A stretch of 64,000 bases of DNA, from positions 992,001 to 1,056,000 of the forward strand of contig JAIVFI010000003.1 in the NCBI GenBank assembly GCA_025558095.1, written 5' to 3'. Below, in pieces: positions 34,761 to 48,600 of this stretch (position 1 is the first letter of the stretch; each line of letters starts with the position of its first letter). The position numbers and the translations under genes are program-made. The notes beneath the pieces were generated by a model, which made no database searches, was not told the DNA's origin, and worked only from the letters and a program-made list of their open reading frames with translations. This DNA is from Hyaloraphidium curvatum SAG 235-1. Its lineage: Eukaryota; Fungi; Monoblepharomycota.

Positions 34761-35998
34761 TTGGACGCCGCGTGCGGCCACGCCCACGTGCCGCCGTCTC
34801 GCAACCCGGGCCTCGCCCCGCTGGACCTCACGCCGCCCGCGGGCTCAGCATGGGAGCGGTTCGACGCCGCCAGCTTCGTCGACTACGTCTGCAAGACGGT
34901 CGAGGAGGTCGCGCCGCTGCACGACGCCTACTTTGCCGAGTCACCGCCGGACAGCTGGGACGTCATGGAGCGGCTGCAAGCGCGTACTACTGTCCGCTCA
35001 ACCACGCTGCGTTTGCGGTCATCCTCATGGAAGGCGAGAGGTCGTGGAATGAGGCCGTGGCGGAGCCGCAGATGCGGAGCACTTTGGAGGTCTTCTTCGA
35101 CGGCGGACAGCTCCCCGAGGGCCCAATGCCCGAGAAGATGTGGATGGCACTGGCCGTCGCCCTGCACCGCCGGATCTACCACCACCTGCGCAGGTGCCTA
35201 GTCGAACCCGGCAACCTGGAGCGTCGCGCGGCATGGGGCGTCTTTTCGCTCCTCGAGACGGACGACTTCCGCGACCCCGTCATGAGGCACAACACCGTGC
35301 TCTGGGACAGCTGCTACTGCTGCACCTTTTCCGAGGTCCTCCCGCTCATGACCACGCTGGCGCAGGCCCGCCCCGTCCGGAGACGAATCGCAGAAGACGT
35401 CGAGTTCCTGGACGTCTGGCCCTCGCGACCGTGCTGCAGCCCGTCTTCCTGTTGACCTGCCGGATGTACCAGGGCGCCGTCCCCGCCTCGGCCTTGGTCA
35501 ACAACGACCCCGCCAGGCCCATGCTTGCCGAAGCCGTCGCCGAGCTGGACCTCGCCACCTCGCTCCTGGACATGGCCGCGACGGAGCACCCCGGCCCGTG
35601 GCGGCGGCACACCCGCGCGCTCGCCGCCGCGGGCCGGTTCGCCCCCGGCGCGGCGCTCTGCGCGGCCCTGGGCGGGTTCCTGGACCGGAACGGCACGGAC
35701 CGGGGGCATCCGCAGCACGAGGCGCTGCACGAGCTGCGGCACCGGCTTGCACAGCTCCGCGAGGCGCTGGGTCTCCGCAGGGGCGGTCTGTCCGACCACG
35801 ACAGGGAGTGGAAGGCCACGCTCAGGACCACGGGCGACATCACCGACACGTGCGACAAGTGCGGCAGGGTGCCGGAGGATGGACACAGGTTCAAAAAAGT
35901 GCGCGAGGTGCAAGGCGGCCTGGTACTGCGGCGCCGAGTGCCAGCGCGAGGCGTGGAAGGCGTGGCACAGGGAGGTCTGCGTCGAGGTGGATGCTTGA
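34761..35998 (+). pseudogene. MYND-finger family copy 1 (3 frameshifts, no in-frame ATG)
   Basis: HVPPSRNPGLAPLDLTPPAGSAW..., LHRRIYHHLR..RRAAWG, HPGPWRRH..AGRFAPG and CDKCG..CARCKAAWYCGAECQREAWKAWHREVC. Frame breaks at ~34978, ~35413 and A6 35893-35898. Confidence 0.82.
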
Positions 35999-36283
35999 GG
36001 CGGCTGGATGGTGCTGCACCTGTGGGCCCGAGGTTGATTATCTTTGCCCGGTAGCTTCTTTGTCCATTATGATATTCGATGTTGTGCGAAGTCCTGCAAC
36101 CCTTCAATGTTTCTCGATCGCGTCGTCAGCCTACGCTTCAGGCTTCAGGCGGCGCCGGCGAGTATTACTCCGTCCCGTCTCCCACTCGATTTCGGTCACT
36201 CGCAAACAGCTGCGCCCGCTCTCGCGCGAAGAAACAACGCTCCTCGAACGAAGAGACGTCGATCGCTGAAGTCTGCGGCGGAG

Positions 36284-37129
36284 ATGGCCGCCGAACCGGT
36301 CCTGGTCATCAGCTACCCGCTCCCGCACGTCGTGCACCTGGAGATGAACCGGCCCTCGCAGCACAACGCGGTCGACGCGGATCTCCACCTGGCCATGTGG
36401 GAGGCATTCGACGCGTACATCGCGGACCCGAACCTCTGGGTGCTCGTGCTCTCGGGCCGCGGCCCGTCGTTCAGTGCCGGCAACGACCTCAAGGAGACCA
36501 ACCGCGAGCGCGAGCGGATGAAGGCCGGCGGGCCCGCTCCCGCCCCCGCGATGGGCCCGGGGCGCAACAAGGATCCCAGCCGCGGCTTCGCGGGCTGGAC
36601 GCACCACCCCGGGCTCACGAAGCCCGTCGTCGCCGCGGTGCACGGCCACGCGCTCGGCGGAGGCCTGGAGCTCGCGATGGCCGCGGACGTCGTGGTGGCT
36701 TCCGCGGATGCCGGCTTCGGGATGCCCGAGACGCGCGTGGGGATGGTCGCGCAGACGGGGTCGGCGCAGAACCTGTGGCGCTACATCGGCATCCAGAGGG
36801 CCATGGATCTGCTGCTCACCGGGCGGCGGATCTCGGCCCAGACGGCGCTCGAGTGGGGCCTCGTGAGCTACACCACCCCGGCGGGGCGGGAGAACGCGGT
36901 CAAGAAGGCGCTCGAGATCGCGGCCCTCATGACCGAGGCGTCGCCCGATGCCCAGCGCGCGACCAAGGCGCTGGCCATGTTTGGTGCCGAGACGGGGAGG
37001 CTGCACGCCCAGCAGAACTCGCAGCTCCCCGAGGTCAAGGCGTGGCTCCGCGGGGACAATGTGCGCGAGGGAACCGCTGCATTCAAGGACAAGAGGAAGC
37101 CCAACTGGCTGCCGATGGAGAAGCTCTAG
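36284..37129 (+). CDS. Enoyl-CoA hydratase/isomerase (crotonase family), intronless
   Basis: MNRPSQHNAV, FSAGNDLK, KPVVAAVHGHALGGGLELAMAAD, GMPETRVG and EGTAAFKDKRKPNW. Confidence 0.9.
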   Translation: MAAEPVLVISYPLPHVVHLEMNRPSQHNAVDADLHLAMWEAFDAYIADPNLWVLVLSGRGPSFSAGNDLKETNRERERMKAGGPAPAPAMGPGRNKDPSRGFAGWTHHPGLTKPVVAAVHGHALGGGLELAMAADVVVASADAGFGMPETRVGMVAQTGSAQNLWRYIGIQRAMDLLLTGRRISAQTALEWGLVSYTTPAGRENAVKKALEIAALMTEASPDAQRATKALAMFGAETGRLHAQQNSQLPEVKAWLRGDNVREGTAAFKDKRKPNWLPMEKL

Positions 37130-37177
37130 TGTATCCGGCCTTCGCCGCGGAATCTATCATCAGTTCATCCATGCCAT

Positions 37178-39772
37178 CTAGATCCTCTCGTAGAAGAGCA
37201 GGTACGCCTCGGCGCGCAGCGCCTCCTCCAGCGACGCCTCCCGCACGTGCGTGTCGCTGGCGTAGACCCACGCCTCCCCCGGCGCCTCCTCCCCCTCCTT
37301 GGGCGGCACCGGCACGCGGACGTACGCGATGTAGTGCCCCGAATGCAGCCCGCCCATGTGCACGACCACGCCCCTCAGCCGGAACCGGGTGGAGCTCGCC
37401 ACGGCTGCGGCAGTCTCGGTCGCGCCCTCCTCCTTGAGGTCCCCCGGCGCGATGCACAGGCCGCCGACGTCCAGGATCTCGGGGAACGAGACGTGCGTGG
37501 AGATCTTCTGGCTTCGCCAACCGACCTGCTGGAACCGCTTGAGGTGCAACACCAGCACGGGGGGGAGAGGGTGCAGGATCAGGTAGCGCTTCTTGGCCGT
37601 GCGCATCACCGGCCCGGGCTTGGTCGGGCCCTTGGGAACGGCCTTGACCGGCGGCGGCGGGGCGGGCCTAGGCCGCTCGGGCGTGCTCTGCGGGAAGAAG
37701 AAGGTGCCCGAGTCGATCATGTGCCGCATCTGATCGTCCTCGCGCGGTTCGTCCATTGTTTCGGGCTCGGGACCATCCGCCGCGGGGGCGGCCTCGGCGG
37801 CCTCGGGCTCGTGGGCCGCGCCCTCCGCCGCGTCAGCGGCCGCTTGCTGCGCCTCGGCCTCCTGCGCAGCCTTGGCCTTTTCCTCCCAGTCCGAATGCAG
37901 GTGCTTCCAGCAGCTCTCGCAGCGGATCTTTTCGCTCCCCTCGAGCTCCTCGACCGCCATGAACGCCTCGAGTGACCGCTCCAGCGTCGGCCCCACCCCT
38001 TCACCCTCCTCGGCCGGCGCCGCGCCGATCGAAACCGTGCGCAGTAGGAACTCGACGTAGGCGAGGTGCTTCTCGTCCTGCGAGAGCGGGTGCGGCGCCG
38101 CGTCTTCCGGCTCCTTGCCCTCCTCATTCTCCTCTTCCTTCTCCTCGTAGTCCCCGCCGCCGAGCCGGAAACGGGAGAATATGCTCGACCCCATGGCGAA
38201 AGCCCCCAGCGCCTTCCCGCCGCCCTCCTTCTCCTTGGCCCCCCCGATCGACAGCGACAGGTCGTAGTACGGTTCCCTCACCCACGACACGTTCCTGCAC
38301 ACGTCGCAGACCACCACCGACGCCAGGTAACCCCCGAACACCTCGTCCACGAACGTCCGCACGAACCTCTTCCTCTCCTCGTCCGTCTGCCCCTCGCGGA
38401 TCCGCGCGACCTGCTCCTCCCGCATCTGGTCCACGCTGCGGCGCAGCATCTCGTGCGCGTCCTGCTGCTCCAGCGCGCGGTAGCCGCGGTACTTTGCCGA
38501 GAGCGCGGAGAAGAAGGGGCGGGGGTCGCAGGAGCCGTCGTTGTATTTCGAGGCGGAGCGCGAGGAGGTCGGCGAGGGTGGGGGGTCGGCGACGGGGAGG
38601 CCGCGCGCGCGGTCGTTTATGGAGAGGAGGAGGGTGGCGAGGGAGGAGGTGAGGGAGGCGGGGTAGATGGTGGGTGGGGAGGAGGCGTCGGCTCCGTCGG
38701 GCTGGGCGTCTTCCGCCGGTGCAAGCGCCAGCGGGCGCATGGCATCGATGAGCGGCTGGCTGTAGGCGAGGTTCTGCAGCGTCGAGTTGAAGAAGCACGT
38801 GCTGTGGGCGCAGCGGCAGACGAGACGACCACGATCCATCAGCAACGGCCAAGGATCCAGGCCACGCCGCCACCCACTTGCCCAAATTCCTCAGTCCCGG
38901 CGCTGCCACCCCCTTGGGCTTCTCCACCTTGACGGGCCCCGGCGGCAGCTGCACGCTCGACGCGCGTATCACCACCCCCTTGCCCGACTTGCCCTTGTCC
39001 AGCATCGCCAGCGTCTCCCTGACCATCGCCCGCGCCTCGAGCACGGACTGATTGATCCCCGGCGCGGCGTCCACCTCCTCGTCGCATTGATAGCACCATA
39101 CGACGCCGGAAGGGTTCAGCGCGGCGACGACGGGGTGCTTCAGCACGGTGTTGTGGGCCAGGGCGTGCGACCGCGAGTCGCGGCCGCAGTTGATGGCGCC
39201 GCACGAGAGGCACACGTTGAGCGTGCTGGGCGGCTCCGTGTGGCCTTCCTTCTTGCAGCCCTGCGGAGATGAAGGGCGGATCGGGCGAGGCGGGGTGGAT
39301 TTGGGGCGAGAGCGGGGCAGATCCGGGGAAGGGAGGGATAGAATCAGCACGGAAGACAAATCGCGTCCCTCCCGCGGGCGCCCACGTTGCACTCGATCCC
39401 CTTGTCACCCTTCTTGAGTTTGGCGCCCAGCAGCCGCTTGACGCGCGGGATCTTGACCGCTGCCTTGAGGTGCGGGCACTTGCGCTTCTTGGGCAGCTGC
39501 AGCGGCGCCGCGGCCTCCTCCTCCCCGGCCGCTTCCTCGCTGCTGCTCTCCGCCTCCGCATCGCCGTCGTCTGCTGCTTCCGCGCCGCTCTCCTCGCCGG
39601 CTTCGCCGTCGGGGGCGTCGTCCTCACCGTCCGCGGCCGCGCCCTCCGAGGCGTCATCCGCGTCCGCGGGGTCGTCCGACGCCGGCAGCGCGTCGTACGC
39701 GGGAGGTTGCTCGTCGGATGGGGCCGGCGAGGGCGGCCCGGAGGGCTCGACCGGGTCGGGCGCGTCGGACAT
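37178..39772 (-). CDS. Ubiquitin-specific protease with zf-UBP (USP16/USP45-like); 2 introns
   Basis: CPH..CLSCGAINCGR..HALAH..WCYQCD zinc finger, Cys box GLRNLG|NTCFFNS, QQDAHE, LHLKRF and His box VVHMGGLHSGHYIAYV. Confidence 0.9.
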
Positions 39773-39975
39773 TTTCGTCGTTGGTTTGAGGGGGTAGTCC
39801 CTTGACCGCGGCCTTTTGCGAAGGAGGCGTTGATAATGTACCCAGCTGGACGGCGCAAGGAGGAGACCCGGAGCAAAAGATGTTCCGAAATGCAAGAAGG
39901 ATGGCATTAGATACATAGCAGTGTGTCTGGGGTTAGTCACAGAGGCAGGCAAGCAGCCCCGAGAGAAGCGCGAGA

Positions 39976-41141
39976 TCACGGCACCATCCCCGCCCCATCC
40001 ACCTCCATCCGCCCGTCCCCGAGCTCGATCTCCACCGTGCGATCGACCTCCATGTCGAAGATGTCCGAGTTGACCCTCGCCGCCTGCATCGGCGCCGCCT
40101 GCGCCGGCAACGGCGGAACCGCCGCCGAGGGTGCCGCCGCATCGTCGGTGCGGATGGAGTTGTAGTGGTTGCTCCGCTGGTAGCTTATCCGCAGCGGCTC
40201 GTGGTCCTCCCCCGGCTCCAGCGGGGGCTCGGGCTGGTACGTCAGGAAGGGGATGGGGGAGTAGCGGTACAGCTCGATCTTGCGCCTCAGCGCCGAGGCG
40301 GCGGCGCCGATCTCGAGGTCGTTGGCAAAGGTGAACGGGCGGCGCTTGCGCGCGAGGTAGTGGTCGAAGGGCTCCGAATCGAGGACAAAGGGGGCGTAGC
40401 GGTCGCGATACTGGTCCATGTGGGCGACAACCTTTTCGCGGAGGGCAAGGTGGTTGTCCTGCGTCGTATGGAGCTGGTCTGAGAGGGCCCGGAAGAAGCA
40501 GTTTCCGTCTGGCGATAGCGAACCGTCAGCCGGATGGTCAACGAGATCCACGATGTCCGATAACCACCTTCCGCCATCCGCTCTATCCGCCAGCCCATCT
40601 GCTCCTTCAGGTCAATCTCCAGCTGCGCGTCCAGCGCGTCAAAGTTCTCGAAAGCGGAAATGTCGAACGACCCCGTCGGCACCTCCTCCCACGAGTTCTG
40701 CATCGTCGGCGTCGACGGCGGGCTCTGCTTCAGCGACGCCAGGCGCCCCTTTGCGAACCGCGAGAAGGGGATCGGGTGCGAGGTGGCGCTCGTGTCGCCC
40801 TCTGCGGGCGACCGCGACACGGCCGAGTCGGGGGTCCACGCGCGGCGCACCTCGCCGTCCTCGGGCGACATGGCCCCCGAGATCATGAAGGTGGACGGAG
40901 CCTCGTCCATTTCGCGGCCGGGGGCGTCGATCGGCGGCGTTGCATTTGCCGCGATCGCGCTTTCCGGGTTGGAGCCGGGCAGCGAGCCCGGCGCGCCCGA
41001 CGAGCCCTCGCTGGGGTCCGCGGACGGCGGGCCGTCGTCGGCGCGCGACGACTGCCTCAACGGCGACGGGCCGTGCGCGTGCCCGCTGTGCTGCCTCGAG
41101 AAAGCGACGGAGAGGCCCGCGGGCGGGTGCGCGGCCGCCAT
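39976..41141 (-). CDS. OTU-domain deubiquitinase (OTUD5-like); 1 intron
   Basis: Spliced MAE|DGNCFFRALSDQL, and RISYQRSNHYNSI. Confidence 0.85.
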
Positions 41142-41489
41142 CGCGGATCTCGCCGAGAGCACGCGCGGGAGGCCGCCGGAAACCGCGTCGACGGACGGAG
41201 CGGGAGTGAATGCGCGGGATTGCCGGCGGAGAGGGCCGGCGCGGGGGCAGAGCCCGCGTGGCGCCGCGGGGGACGTGTCACGTGACGGGTGGAAGTCAGG
41301 CCCTGGATTGGAGAGCCGACCGCGCCGTGACGCTCCCGAATCCAATCCAAGCCATCCGACTCCCACAGCAGTGGGCCTCAATCAGACAGCAAAATGGAAT
41401 CAAGAAGTTGCGTTGATAATGGAACTCGCTCGAATCATGGAACAGAACTGCTCAAGTCCGAGCCTCATCATCTCGACGGCATCAACATC

Positions 41490-42770
41490 CCCGATCTCGA
41501 CGCAGACCTCCTTGTGCTACGCTTTCCACGCCTCGCGCTGGCAGACAGCACCGCAGTACCAGGCCGACTTGCACCGCGCGCACCGCTTGAACTTCTGCCC
41601 CTCCTCGGGCACCTTGCCGCACTTGTCGCACGTGTCCGCGATGTCGCCGGTCCGCAGCGTCGCCTTGGTCTCCCGGTCGTAGGCCGTCAACGCCGCGCTC
41701 TTGGAGCCCAGGGCTTCTTCCAGCAGCTTGAGCTCGTGCCCGAGGTTGTGCACGGTGTAGAAGAGGGGTGGGTCCCGACCCACATCGTGGCGCTCCAGGA
41801 AGTGGCCCACGGCATACTGCAGCGCGAAGCCCGGCGCGAAGCGGCCCGCCCGTCCGAGGGCAGTATTGTGCCGGCGCCACGGGGTCGGGTGGTCCGCGAC
41901 GATGTTCGTCAGGATGGGCAAGGAATCCGCCATCCGGTTCACGGCCCTCTCAAGGATCGGCGGTCCCTCATCGACAACCCTGTCGTCCGGAATCGGGCCG
42001 GCCTGCAACGACATGATCTTGCACGCAGCAAAGAAGTCCGGTTGGAGAAAGATGCCGAGCGCGAGCCTGTCCAGAAGCTCCACATCTTCGGCAACGCGAC
42101 GCCGTGCGGGACGGGCTTCCGTCATCACTCTCAATAGAGACTCCGTCGTATAAAAGGTGAAGAAGTACGTGAAGTCCCACCAAAGCGTGTTCTGGGCCAT
42201 TTCTTGGTGGCCAAAGTTGTCGGTGGCGAGGAGCGAGAACGCTCCCCAGGCCGCTCTCCGTTCGAGGTTTGCAAACTCGAGCAGCGGTCTCCGGACGAGA
42301 TGATAAGCCCGTCGATGGAATGCCACGGCCAATCCGAGGACCATGCCCTCGGGCATGGCGTGCTCAGGCAGGTCTCCGCCGTTGAAGAACGGCTTCAGGA
42401 CGCTGCGAAGCTCCTGGTTCCCCAGAGCTTCTTTCCAGAGGTCGTCGGTCCGCACGCTGTTTAGCGTCCTTGCGCAGCGGACCATGTGCTCGTTCAGAGC
42501 CTCGCCAGCGCGCACAATGCTGGATCGAACTTCGCCCCAGTCGTCCGGGCGTTCCTCGGCAAACAGAACAGGGTACAAATGCACTGTCTCTCTCCGCACC
42601 GCATCGAGTAGAGGTGGTCCACGAAGCCGGCGGCGTCGAACGCGGCCCAGGGAGAGCCCGGCGGAGCGGTCAGGTCGATGGGCGCGAGGCCCGGGTTCCG
42701 CGCCGGCGGGCCGTGATCGTGGCTGTGGCCCCCGTGGTCGTGTCCGCCATGGTCGTGGTCGTGTCCGGCT
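41490..42770 (-). pseudogene. MYND-finger family copy 2 (frameshift ~42610, premature TAG 41517-41519, 5' stop)
   Basis: HGGHDHGGHSHDHGPPARNPGLAPIDL..FVDHL shifts frame into LLDAVRRE... The MYND finger ends AWKA*HKEVC (TGG>TAG). Confidence 0.82.
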
Positions 42771-42818
42771 TAGCCCGGTTCGCTTGACTCTGCTTGCCGG
42801 CTCCCACCCGTTCCTGCC

Positions 42819-43364
42819 ATGTCTCCTACCCCGCGCATCGTCGACTACGTCCCCTCGGACCTCGCCGAACCGGCCGACGTCGTGGACGCGGTCCGCGCGC
42901 GCCGCGGGGGCCGGCTCCTCAACCTGGACCGGATGCTGCTCCACTCCCCGCCCCTGGCCGCCGGGTGGAACGCATACATGGGCGCCGTGAGGACGCAGCT
43001 CGATGTGCCCGCGCTGCTGAGGGAGCTGGCCATGTGCGTCGTTGCGGTGGTCAATTCCGCGGACTACGAGTTCGGGCACCATGCTCCGCTCTATGTGAAG
43101 GAGGGGGCCACGCAGGAGAAGGTGGAAGCGCTCAAGAAGGCCGCGGAGGGCGTGCCCGAAGGGCTGTTTAGCGAGCTCGAGGAGCTGGCCATCGATCTTT
43201 CCGTGCAGATGACGCGCGACGTCAAGGTGGACAGGGAGCTGATGCGGAAGCTCAAGGACCGGCTGGGAGACAGGCAGCTGACGGAGCTCGTCGCGGTCAT
43301 CGCGAGCTACAACATGGTCTCGCGGTTCCTGGTCGCGATGGAAGTCACGCCGGAGGATCACTGA
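42819..43364 (+). CDS. Carboxymuconolactone decarboxylase / AhpD-like protein, intronless
   Basis: RARRGGRLLNLDRMLLHSP, RELAMCVVAVVNSADYEFGHH and ELVAVIASYNMVSRFLVA. Confidence 0.88.
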   Translation: MSPTPRIVDYVPSDLAEPADVVDAVRARRGGRLLNLDRMLLHSPPLAAGWNAYMGAVRTQLDVPALLRELAMCVVAVVNSADYEFGHHAPLYVKEGATQEKVEALKKAAEGVPEGLFSELEELAIDLSVQMTRDVKVDRELMRKLKDRLGDRQLTELVAVIASYNMVSRFLVAMEVTPEDH

Positions 43365-43413
43365 GCAGACCGCGCAGCCGCAGAAGAGAGAATGTATTGC
43401 CTTTCCGAGACCC

Positions 43414-45303
<1,890 letters not shown>

Positions 45304-45690
45304 TCACTTCCACGGGGATGGAGAATGCTGATGCGGTCGGCGACGCGTGAATTGGGCGATCCCGCGGGCGATCCGGGCGGCAACGGCGGCGGGTCCGCGG
45401 CGGAGTGTCGGATCCGCGGACGGCGACGGCGCGCGATTCGGCGTCCGGGAGGGGCGGGCACACCGTCAGCCACGAGATCTTCCGCGAAACGAGGCCGGAG
45501 CGACGGCGGCAGGACGCACCTCGTGCCCGGCACGCGGTGTTTGTGCGGGGTGGCGCGCGGACCCTGTAGACGATCCGTGGATCTGCCGGGGTCCTCCCGA
45601 ATCTCCAAACCGCGGACTGCGAGCTCGCCCCGTCGGTGCGACACAGACAACGTGTTCAACGCAAATCCAACAACGAGCATGACGACACAG

Positions 45691-48600
45691 CTACAACAAC
45701 GTGCGCGGCCTCTTGCCGCCCCCCTCGTCGTCCCCCTGCCCGGTCCGCCCCCGCTTCTTCGGGCTGGGAAAGCCCTGGCTCCCGGCCCCGGCCTGCGAGT
45801 TCGAGTCCACGTTCTCGGCGTCGGAGGCGGAGCCGGGGTCGGGGCGGGCGACGGGGCGGGAGGGGGAGGAGGCGGGCGGGCGAGATGGGGAGGCCGCGGG
45901 CGTCCGCGAAGTAGGGGACGAGCCGAGGTCGACGCGGGCGAGGCCGCGGGGAGGCGAGGCGGCAGGCGCGCGCGAAGGGGAGGAGCCGAGCTCGGAGCGC
46001 ACAGGCAGGCGAAGCGGCGACGGAGCGGGGTCGAGGCGCGCGGCGGGCCGCGGGGGCGAGGAGGCGGCCGGCGTGGCCTGACCGGACGGCACCTCCAGGT
46101 TCCACAGCCGCCGGAACACCCTCCTCGCGTGTTCGAGGAACCTCCCCGCCCTGCGCGACGGGATCATCGACATGTCCGCGTGGCCCCTGCACCACAAGCG
46201 ACGGGTCAGTCCGGATCGCCGGCCGAGCAACACGCGGGGTACGCACTCGTTGCGGTTCCAGTCCTCCGCCGCCGCCTCGATCGCCCCGCCGTACTGCCGC
46301 AGCTTCCTCCTCGCGAGAGCGAGCATCTCCGGCCGGCCGGCGTAGTGCGCCGCGAGGTCCCGCCCGAGGATCTCCTCCGGCCCGCGGAGGGGGGCGGAGC
46401 GGCGGGTGCGGGTGCGCGGCAAGGTGGGGGTGCGGGGGGTGGCGGGGGCCGGAGGTACCGGGGCGGGGTCCTCGGGCTTGGGCGTCGGGGGTGCGGGTTC
46501 GTCGTCCGCCGCAGGCAGCTCCTCCGCGGCGGGCGCAGGCGCCGGGCTCTCGGGAACCAGCGTGGCCGCGCTCCCCGTCCGCTCGCGCACAGAGCGCCAC
46601 AGCGCCCCGTCGATCCTCAGCACCATCCTGGGCTTCTCCGCCGCGGGGCCCGGGGCAGGATCGGGCGCAGCAGGCACCACCGGCTCCGGATCCTGCACGC
46701 CGGCCGGGCCCACCACCTCCTCCTCCGCGCGCACCCTCTCCGCGAGCCCGGCGGGCAGCGGCACCGCCTCCGGCCTCGGCCTCCGCAGCAGCGCCTCCGC
46801 CTCCGCGAGCACGGCATCCAGCTCGGGATCGGCGCCGGACCCGGGCCGCGCGACCGCGGCGGGGATCGGCGGGTGCACCGCGGTAGGGAGCAGCGCGGGG
46901 ATGGGAGGCCGAACGGAGGCGGGAGGCTTCACGGGGGGAGGCGGGCGAACCAGCACGGGCTCCACCGGCTGCTCCTGCGCGTGCGGGCGCGGCGGGGGCC
47001 TCGGCATCCCCGTCCGCACGCAAACAGCCCCGTTGGCGGGTGCAAACACCGGCACCGGTGTCTTCCCCGCCGTCCACCTTCTCTGCGCCTCCGCTGGCCC
47101 GGGGGGCCGCGGCGCGGGCGGGGTGCCGATCTCGTGGTACCACCACCGCACGGGCGGGCGCTGGGAGCCGGGGGAGCGGAGGAACGGGGAGGGGCCGGGC
47201 GGGAGGGGAGGCGGAGGGGGAGGGGGGAGGGAGAGCAGGAGGGAGGGGGGGATGTAGCGGGTGCCGCGCGGGGAGGGGGAGGGGGGGTCGAAGGGGGGGG
47301 AGACGGGGAGAGGCCGAAGCGCGGGCGTCGCGGAACCGGGGGTGGAGGAACTGGGGCGGGCGGAGTTGTCGGCGGCGGGAGCGGGTGGGAACGAGGCGCG
47401 AGGGTTGGGGATGGCGATCGGCGGGGGCCGCGGGGGCCGCTGGGCTGCAGAGGCGGTGGTGGCTTGCATCGCGGCATGCACGGCGTGCGCCGATCCCGGG
47501 GTGCCGAGCCCGGGAGAGAAAGGCGGAAAGGCGGGGGTGCCCCGGGGCGAGATGGCCGATCCCGGTCCGCGCTGCTCCGCTCCAGCAGGAGGCGGGACGG
47601 AGATCGGCGGCGGCCGCGGGATGCGCGGGGCGCCGTGCTGCGCCGCGTCGCGGGCCTGGGAGGCCTGCAGGACGAGGTGCGCGGGGGATGGCCGCGCGAG
47701 CCGTGCGACGGGGCGGGGGAGCTGCTGCGCGGGGAGGCCGGGCCGCGTCGCGACGGGGCGGGGGGCCTGCGTCGCAGCGGGCCGGGGCGGGGGCGTTGCC
47801 ACGGGCCGCTGGGGCTGGGCGGCAGTGGGCCGGGGGGGCTGCACAGGGGGCCAGAAGCCAAGCTGCGTAAAAGAGGGGGGCTGCGGCCGCCCCGCAGCCT
47901 GCAAGGCGGCGAGCTGTTGCGGGAGCTGCTGCAGCATGGGCGAAGAGTTCGAAGGCCGCGCGGCCTGCATGTCCTGATGCGGCGCCGGCGCGGGCCGGAA
48001 GCCGGGCTGCGTGGCCGTGGCGTGGCCCCCGGTGCGGAAGGCGGCGATTTGCTGCGACATCTCGCGCTCCCTTTCGAGCGCCGCCCTGGCCGCCGCGAGC
48101 ATGTGGTCCGCCTGGCCCTGCGTCATATCCCCAGCCTGCACCCTCCGCTCCAGGATGCCCTCGAGGTGGCCTGCCTGGTGCAGCTGCGCCAGCCTGTGGT
48201 TGGGGGCGGGCGGCTGGGGCGACTGCTGGACGGGTGCGCGCGGTTGCAGGGCCGCGGACCGCTGCGCCGCCATCGCGGCGTGGAAGTCCGCGCGGCTGTC
48301 CGTGTGCGCCGCTGCGGGCGGCACGGAGATCTGCGCGACGGCCGAGGGGCCGAGCGCGACGAGGGCGAGCATGTCGAGGCCCGACTGCTCCAGCGTGACG
48401 ACCCTCTGCCCCGCGACCGGGGGCCCGGGGGCGGCAGGGGCAATGCGGTCCACGGGTGGTGCGGGGGGAGGGGCGTAAGGGGCGGTCGGGGCCGCCGCGG
48501 GCGGGGCAGGTGCGGATGCCTGCGCGGAGGCGTCAGCCCGGCCAGCTCGGCCAGCAACCCCGGAACCCACCTCCCCGGGACCGCCATCGGCGCACGCCCT

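Noticed and set aside
34740-36050. MYND copies as an autonomous transposon
   Set aside because: No transposase or RT motifs, terminal repeats, target-site duplications or poly-A tails were seen by eye.
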